Both the position numbers and the translations under genes were made by a program. Of a stretch of 32,000 nt of DNA, positions 25,962 through 32,000 are shown one piece after another (within the stretch, counting starts at the first letter, position 1; the number at the start of each line of letters is the position of its first letter). The DNA lies in assembly GCA_027925225.1 (NCBI GenBank), contig AP027131.1, forward strand, positions 60,001 to 92,000, written 5' to 3'. A model generated the notes under the pieces. The model saw only the letters and a list, made by a program, of their open reading frames with translations, searched no databases and had not been told where the DNA came from. The DNA comes from Candidatus Saccharimonadota bacterium. Its GTDB lineage: Bacteria; Bacillota_I; Bacilli_A; Mycoplasmatales; Hepatoplasmataceae.

Positions 25962-28040
25962 ATGAATTTAAGAAAAGAAGAAATTTCAAAATTTAGAAAT
26001 ATTGGAATTATGGCTCATATTGATGCCGGAAAAACAACAGCCACTGAGCGTATTCTCTTTCATACAGGAAGAGTTCATAAAATTGGAGAAACACATGATG
26101 GTGCTTCTCAAATGGATTGAATGGAACAAGAAAAAGAAAGAGGTATTACAATTACTTCTGCTGCAACTACAGCTTTTTGAAAAAGCCACAGAATAAATAT
26201 TATTGATACTCCTGGACACGTTGATTTTACAGTTGAAGTAGAAAGATCACTTCGTGTACTTGATGGAGCAGTTGCGGTTTTAGATGGACAAGCCGGAGTT
26301 GAACCACAAACTGAAACGGTTTGAAGACAAGCGACAACTTATAAGGTACCAAGAATTGTTTTTGTAAATAAAATGGATAAAGTTGGTGCTGATTTAAATT
26401 TTTCTTTTAATTCACTTAAAACAAGATTGGGTGCAAAGGTTGCTTTATTACATATTCCTATTGGTGAAGAGAATTCATTTAGAGGTTTTGTAGATATTAT
26501 TAAAAGAAAAGCTTTTGTTTTTGATCATGGTGCAAAAGAAGATTTTAAAGAAATTGATATTCCTGCTGAATTAAAAAATTTAGTTGAGGAAAGAAGAATG
26601 GAACTTTTTGATGTGATTTCTGAATATGATGAATCATTAATGGAAAAAGTTTTAGATGAAAAAGAAATTTCAGAAGATGAAGTAAATATTGCAATTAGAA
26701 AAGGTGTTTTATCAGCAGAATTTTTTCCAGTACTTTGTGGTTCTGCTTATAAAAATGTTGGAATAAAACATCTTTTAGATGCAGTTATTGCTTATCTTCC
26801 TTCTCCTATTGATATTCCTCCTATTGCTGGAGAAGATATGAATGGAAATAAAATAATAAGACGTGCAGATGATAATGAACCTTTTTCAGCACTTGCTTTT
26901 AAAATAATGACAGATCCATTTGTTGGGAAACTTACTTTTTTTAGAGTTTATTCTGGAATTTTAAAAACTGGTTCTTATGTTATGAATACTACAAAGGGAA
27001 AAAAAGAGAGAATTGGAAGAATTCTGCAAATGCATGCTAATCAAAGAAAAGAAGTAGAAGGTGTTGTTGCTGGTGAAATTGCTGCAGCAATTGGTTTAAA
27101 ATATACAACAACAGGAGATACAATTACAGCTGAAAATTCACAAGTTATTTTAGAAAAAATGGAATTTCCGGAACCAGTTATTTCTCTTGCAGTAGAACCA
27201 AAAACAAAAAATGATCAAGATAAATTAAGTCTTTCATTAAATAAACTTTCAGAAGAAGACCCTACTTTTAGAACAAGTATAAATCATGAAACTGGACAAA
27301 CAATTATTTCTGGTATGGGTGAACTTCATCTTGAAATAATTGTAGACAGATTAAAAAGAGAATTTAGAGTTGATGCTAATGTTGGGAAACCACAAGTTTC
27401 TTATCGTGAAACTCTTACAACTTTATCTAAAGTTGAAGCCAAATATATTCGTCAATCAGGTGGAAGAGGACAATATGGTCATGTTTGAATTCAATTTGAA
27501 CCAAACCATGACAAAGGTTTTGAATTTATAGATAAAATTGTTGGTGGAAAAATTCCAAAGGAATACATTGGCCCTATAAAAAATGGTTTATTAGAATCAA
27601 TGAAAAAAGGAATTTTAGCAAATTATCCAGTAATTGATGTAAAAGCAACACTTTATGATGGTTCATTTCACGAAGTTGATTCTTCAGAAATGGCTTTTAA
27701 AATTGCAGCATCAATGGCCATGAAAAAGGCAGCAGAAGCTTCTAAAGCAATTCTTCTTGAACCTATAATGGATGTTGTAGTTACTACACCTTCAGAATAT
27801 TTTGGAGATATTATGGGGGATATTTCTTCTAAAAGAGGAAATATTTTAGGACAAGAAGAAAGCAATAATGCACAAATTATAAAATCTAATATTCCTCTTT
27901 CTGAAATGTTTGGTTATTCAACAAAATTAAGATCAATGTCTCAAGGTAGAGCAGTATATTCAATGAAATTTTCTCATTATTCACCTGCTCCTAGAAGTGT
28001 TGCAGAGAAAATTATTGCAGATAGAAATGTTAGAAATTAA
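25962..28040 (+). CDS. fusA: Elongation factor G (692 aa)
   Basis: The ATG at 25962 gives ...[47 protein letters not shown] and [11 protein letters not shown]. Track ORFs 26373 and 27600 are in frame, joined by TGA. Confidence 0.97.
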
Positions 28041-28118
28041 TTAATAATTTTGAGATTTTTTTAATTAATATGATACTTTTAAAAGGTATATTTTACTTTT
28101 GATATATAGGAGATAAAT

Positions 28119-28631
28119 GTGAAATTAAAAAATAATCTTAATTTAACTGTTAATGATTTAGCTGTTTATCTTGTTGATAAAAAAATTATTAATAGTCCTT
28201 TGCTTCTTCAAAAAATTCTTTTTTTTGTTCGCTATGAGGAATTAAAGAAAGAAAAAAATGGCGAAAAACAAGAAACTGTTTTTAATATTAATGATAAATT
28301 TGAAGCATGAATAAATGGTCCAGTTCATAGAGATATTTATTTTGGATTTAGAAATTTTTTTAATTTTGATGATGAAAAAGATGTTTTTAAAATTGATGAA
28401 AATAAATCAAAAATTTTAAGTAAGAGATATGATTTCTTTATTGATAAATATTTAAATATATATAATAAAAACGGTATTTGAAAATTAGTTGAATTAACTC
28501 ATAAAAATATTGCATGAATAAAAGCAAGAAAAGGAATAGACAAAAATGAACCATCTACAAATAAGTTAGATGATAATTTAATTCCTGAAAATGAACCTGG
28601 TTTTGAAGAAATTTTAAATAATTTTAAATAA
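28119..28631 (+). CDS. DUF4065 / Panacea-domain protein (SocA/GepA-like antitoxin), 170 aa
   Basis: AGGAG SD lies 6 nt before the GTG at 28119. LLLQKILFFVRYE...FEAWINGPVHRDIY fits the DUF4065 pattern (KLQKLLYF...F.AW..GPV...Y). Three in-frame TGAs. TAA at 28629-28631. Confidence 0.65.
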
Positions 28632-28637
28632 ATTTTT

Positions 28638-29171
28638 ATGTTTGAATTAAATTGTTTGGCACTAGAATCTTTTAGATATAAAGTAGAAAAAATGTTTTTA
28701 ACAAATGAAAAATCTGATGACAAAGAAGAGAAAAAGTTACCAGAAATTTGGAATTATTTTAAAAATAATATTGTTTTAAAAGAATTTGTAATAGAAAGAA
28801 TTATTAATTATAGTGAGATTGATAAAATAGAAAAAATAATTAGTGAGTGTCATGAAAATCAATGAATTGATTTACAGCAATATTTCAATAATTCTGAAAA
28901 AAATTTTGGAAAAATTGATAGATATCATTATCTTAGGATAGATAAAAATATAAAAATAATTTTTTATTTTCAAGAAAAAAATCAAAAAATAATTTATTAT
29001 CCATTATTGTTAGATTTACATCATTCTATTTTAGGTAAAAGTTATAAAAAATATAAAAAACTTTTTAAATGAAATTTTAATTCTAAAAGAGAAAAAATGC
29101 AATTAGAGTTAAATAACTTTTATTTATCTAATAATTTTAAAGAAAATTATTTACCTTATAAAGAAAATTAG
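28638..29171 (+). CDS. Hypothetical protein, candidate toxin partner of the Panacea-domain gene (177 aa)
   Basis: The ATG is 6 nt after the upstream stop. In-frame TGAs extend track ORF 28638-28865 to TAG at 29169-29171. The C-terminal half, GKIDRYHYLRIDKNIKIIFYFQEKNQKIIYYPLLLDLHH, loosely resembles the RelE/ParE-fold pattern. Confidence 0.45.
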
Positions 29172-29294
29172 TATATTTTCTATTGACTTAAAAAGGTAAA
29201 ATAACAAATATTTTTAGAGTATAATTGTATTGATAACTTTATTTGGTTATATTTTTGTATGTTATAAAATACTGTAAAAGGAGAAGTTAAAAAA

Positions 29295-30479
29295 ATGGCA
29301 AAAGAAAAATTTGATCGTTCAAAAGAGCATGTTAATATTGGGACAATTGGTCATGTTGATCATGGTAAAACAACATTAACTGCTGCAATTACAAAAGTTT
29401 TAGCTTCAAAAGGTTTAGCAAAAGAAATGTCTTATGATTCAATCGATGCTGCCCCAGAAGAAAAAGAACGTGGTATTACAATTAATACAGCACACGTTGA
29501 ATATGAAACTGAAAAAAGACATTACGCCCATATAGATGCACCAGGTCATGCTGATTATGTTAAAAATATGATTACAGGAGCTGCTCAAATGGATGGAGCA
29601 ATACTTGTTGTTTCAGCTACTGATGGGCCAATGCCACAAACAAGAGAACATATTCTACTTGCAAATCAAGTTGGAATTAAAAAACTAATTGTTTTTATTA
29701 ACAAAGTTGATATGGTTGATGATGAGGAAATGATTGAACTTGTTGAAATGGAAGTTAGAGATCTTCTTTCAAAATATGGATTTAATGGAGATGAAACACC
29801 TTTTATTAAAGGCTCAGCTTTAAAAGCTTTACAAGGTGATGAAAAATATATTAGTTCTATTTTAGAATTAATGAAAACAGCAGATGAATATTTCCCGGTT
29901 CCTGAAAGAGACAAAGATAAACCATTTTTACTACCAGTAGAAGATGTGTTTACAATTACAGGTCGTGGAACAGTTGCTACAGGTAGAGTTGAAAGAGGGC
30001 AAATTAAAGAAGGTGAAGAAATAGCTATTGTTGGTATGAAAGATACTAAAAAAGCTGTTGTTACTGGAATTGAAATGTTTAGAAAATTATTAGATCATGC
30101 TGAAGCTGGAGATAATGTTGGTCTTTTACTTAGAGGAGTTGGAAGAGAAGAAATCCAAAGAGGACAAGTAATTACTAAACCAGGAACAATGACTCCACAT
30201 AAAAAATTTAAAGCTGAAGTTTATGCTTTAAAAAAAGAAGAAGGCGGAAGACATACTCCTTTTTTCACAAATTATCGTCCACAAATTTATTTAAGAACAA
30301 CAGATGTAACAGGAACTGTTACTTTGGATAAAGGTATTGAAATGATAATGCCTGGAGATAATGCTTCAATTACAATTGATTTAATTTCACCTATTGCTAT
30401 TGAAAAAAATACAAAATTTTCAATAAGAGAAGGCGGAAGAACTGTTGGAGCAGGAACAATAACTGAAATTATAGAATAG
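29295..30479 (+). CDS. tuf: Elongation factor Tu
   Basis: [32 protein letters not shown]..., DAPGHADY and NKVD. 394 aa intact. Confidence 0.98.
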   Translation: MAKEKFDRSKEHVNIGTIGHVDHGKTTLTAAITKVLASKGLAKEMSYDSIDAAPEEKERGITINTAHVEYETEKRHYAHIDAPGHADYVKNMITGAAQMDGAILVVSATDGPMPQTREHILLANQVGIKKLIVFINKVDMVDDEEMIELVEMEVRDLLSKYGFNGDETPFIKGSALKALQGDEKYISSILELMKTADEYFPVPERDKDKPFLLPVEDVFTITGRGTVATGRVERGQIKEGEEIAIVGMKDTKKAVVTGIEMFRKLLDHAEAGDNVGLLLRGVGREEIQRGQVITKPGTMTPHKKFKAEVYALKKEEGGRHTPFFTNYRPQIYLRTTDVTGTVTLDKGIEMIMPGDNASITIDLISPIAIEKNTKFSIREGGRTVGAGTITEIIE

Positions 30480-30505
30480 AAATAATTTATTATTTATATA
30501 AAAAA

Positions 30506-30533
30506 ATAGTTCTTTAAAAGAACTATTTTTTTA
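30506..30533 (+). terminator. Bidirectional intrinsic terminator after tuf
   Basis: ATAGTTCTT-TAA-AAGAACTAT flanked by an A-run and a T-run. The convergent gene ends at 30540. Confidence 0.65.
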
Positions 30534-30539
30534 TATAAA

Positions 30540-31184
30540 TTAAACTTCAATATCAGTATTAGATTGATAAATTTCAGAAATACCTATATCATATCTATTA
30601 TTATTTGTATCAAGAATTTTAAATTCTTGTTTTATAAAATTTTTTTGATCTCTTGTTATACGTAAATATACGCCATTTCATGAATATAAAAGAAAATTTT
30701 CATTTTCTACAAATTTAGCTGTATTTATTTTTGTAGTTTGAAATTGAGAATTACTTAAATATCATTTAACAAAAATAAAAGGATATTGATCAATATCTCC
30801 ATTAATTTGAACTCATTTACAAATATTTGACCCACTTGTAGTTTTTCCACAGCTTATATTTTTTAAAGGATATTCAACATGACCATTATTTTTTTCGGCA
30901 TTTTCACTTTTAAAACATTGAACAATAAATTCACTATCACCATTTAATTTAGTTATTGCTTTATGAAGCGCATTTACTTGAAATTCATCTTCATTTAATT
31001 TTATTTTAATATCTTTATTAAAATTTTTTTTAAAATCTATTTTTGCAAATTTAATTATATTTGAATTATCAGATTTATCTTTTAGACTAAATGTTACTAC
31101 TTCTGTATCTTTTGGAATTAAAATAAATTTTTTAAGAGTTATTTCATTTTGACTAAATTCTTGTATTACTACACTACTTTTCAT
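30540..31184 (-). CDS. Hypothetical protein (214 aa)
   Basis: Track ORF 30813-31184 continues through three in-frame TGA codons to TAA at 30540-30542. No TM segment or family recognised. Confidence 0.5.
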
Positions 31185-31352
31185 TTTCTTTAATTATTTC
31201 TTTCGTTAGTTTTTTATGTTCTAAGGGAAACTTAGTTTCCTCAAACTAATTTATATCTTATATTTTTTTAAAAATACTAAAAATATTTAAATTAAGTTCA
31301 TAGATTTTTATAAAAAATAATAATTTGTTTAAATATATAATTAGATTGTGGT

Positions 31353-31427
31353 GGCACAGTAGCCAAGTTGGTAAGGCAAGAGGCTGCAACCCTCTCATCG
31401 TCAGTTCGAATCTGTCCTGTGCCTCCA
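31353..31427 (+). tRNA. tRNA-Cys (GCA), CCA encoded
   Basis: Folded by hand. Acceptor stem GGCACAG/CTGTGCC, anticodon stem AGAGG/CCTCT with loop CTGCAAC, T-loop TTCGAAT, discriminator T plus CCA. 75 nt. Confidence 0.9.
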
Positions 31428-31668
31428 TTTTTTTTATTAATTTTTTTATTTTTTTAAAAATATATACATTTTTTAAAAATTGTATATAATCCAATTGTGA
31501 GATAAAAAAACATTGTCTCACACAAAACACAATTGAGTTATTTATTAGCTCGGCATGAAATGTTTAAAAATGATTCACCTCCTTCTTTTAAGCATTAGAT
31601 AAAATTTATTTTTTTATTACATACACACATAACACACCCAATTTAGAACTTTTATTAAGTTTTAAATG

Positions 31669-31705
31669 CTCCAACAAGATTTGTTGGAGCATTTTTATTT
31701 TTAAT
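31669..31705 (+). terminator. Strong intrinsic terminator (orphan; no upstream CDS)
   Basis: A 10-bp stem GCTCCAACAA/TTGTTGGAGC with loop GAT, followed by ATTTTTATTTTT. Confidence 0.65.
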
Positions 31706-31898
31706 AAAAAATCTTGAGATTCTCTTTATTTTTTTTACTATTATGCTTTTACTATAATTTTTCTGTGTTAGTTATTTTTACTAATCAATTACATTAAGAT
31801 AAATAGTTATTTTTAATACATTTTTTAAAAAAAGAAAAGGATTATTAACAAAATTAAATAATCTTAAATAAAAGGAGATTTTATAATAACAAAAAATT

Positions 31899-32000
31899 AT
31901 GGAACCAATTTACGTACATTCAGAATATGGTAAATTAAAAAAAGTTTTACTTCATAGGCCAGGAGCAGAAACTGAAAACTTAACTCCTTCAACATACGTT
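31899..32000 (+). CDS. arcA: Arginine deiminase, N-terminal part (runs off the window)
   Basis: [34 protein letters not shown] matches the ArcA N-terminal pattern ([20 protein letters not shown]). Confidence 0.75.
   Translation, partial: MEPIYVHSEYGKLKKVLLHRPGAETENLTPSTYV

Noticed and set aside
29183-29269. Candidate tuf promoter elements (TTGACT at 29183, TATAAT at 29220, TTGATA at 29230, TATAAA at 29264)
   Set aside because: None of the -35/-10 combinations has acceptable spacing (12, 28 or 31 nt), so no promoter call was made.
31258-31530. Track ORF 31258-31530 (-), 90 aa
   Set aside because: It runs antisense across the tRNA-Cys gene (31353-31427) and AT-rich intergenic DNA. No SD.

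Overview
The window is very AT-rich and reads as Mollicutes (Mycoplasma-like) chromosome using genetic code 4. Conserved genes (secA, fusA, rpsG, lacB, cas9, cas1) only give full-length, family-typical proteins when in-frame TGA is read as Trp. The supplied standard-code ORF track therefore fragments or truncates most genes. All coordinates below were re-derived by hand translation, and no database search was possible.

Ordinary content:
- secA, an APC-type permease, and a sugar cassette: class II aldolase, a PnuC-like membrane protein, lacA, lacB and a ROK kinase.
- The str operon (rpsL, rpsG, fusA, tuf), tRNA-Cys, and the start of arcA.

Unusual content is a rearranged type II-A-like CRISPR-Cas system:
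- An intact cas9 (20349-23798, minus strand) is followed after only about 32 nt by a 45-spacer array (17314-20316).
- A divergent tracrRNA locus (23941-24125) carries two tandem anti-repeats.
- cas1, cas2 (apparently frameshifted) and a Csn2-position ATPase with intact ABC-type motifs lie about 11 kb away, at 5553-9208.
- That adaptation block is interleaved with three paralogs of an unknown multi-pass membrane protein.
- It is also flanked by five intact copies and one fragment of an unknown 102-105 aa protein family.
- Orphan CRISPR-repeat remnants bracket the sugar cassette.

Separately, a DUF4065/Panacea-type antitoxin and a partner gene are inserted between fusA and tuf.
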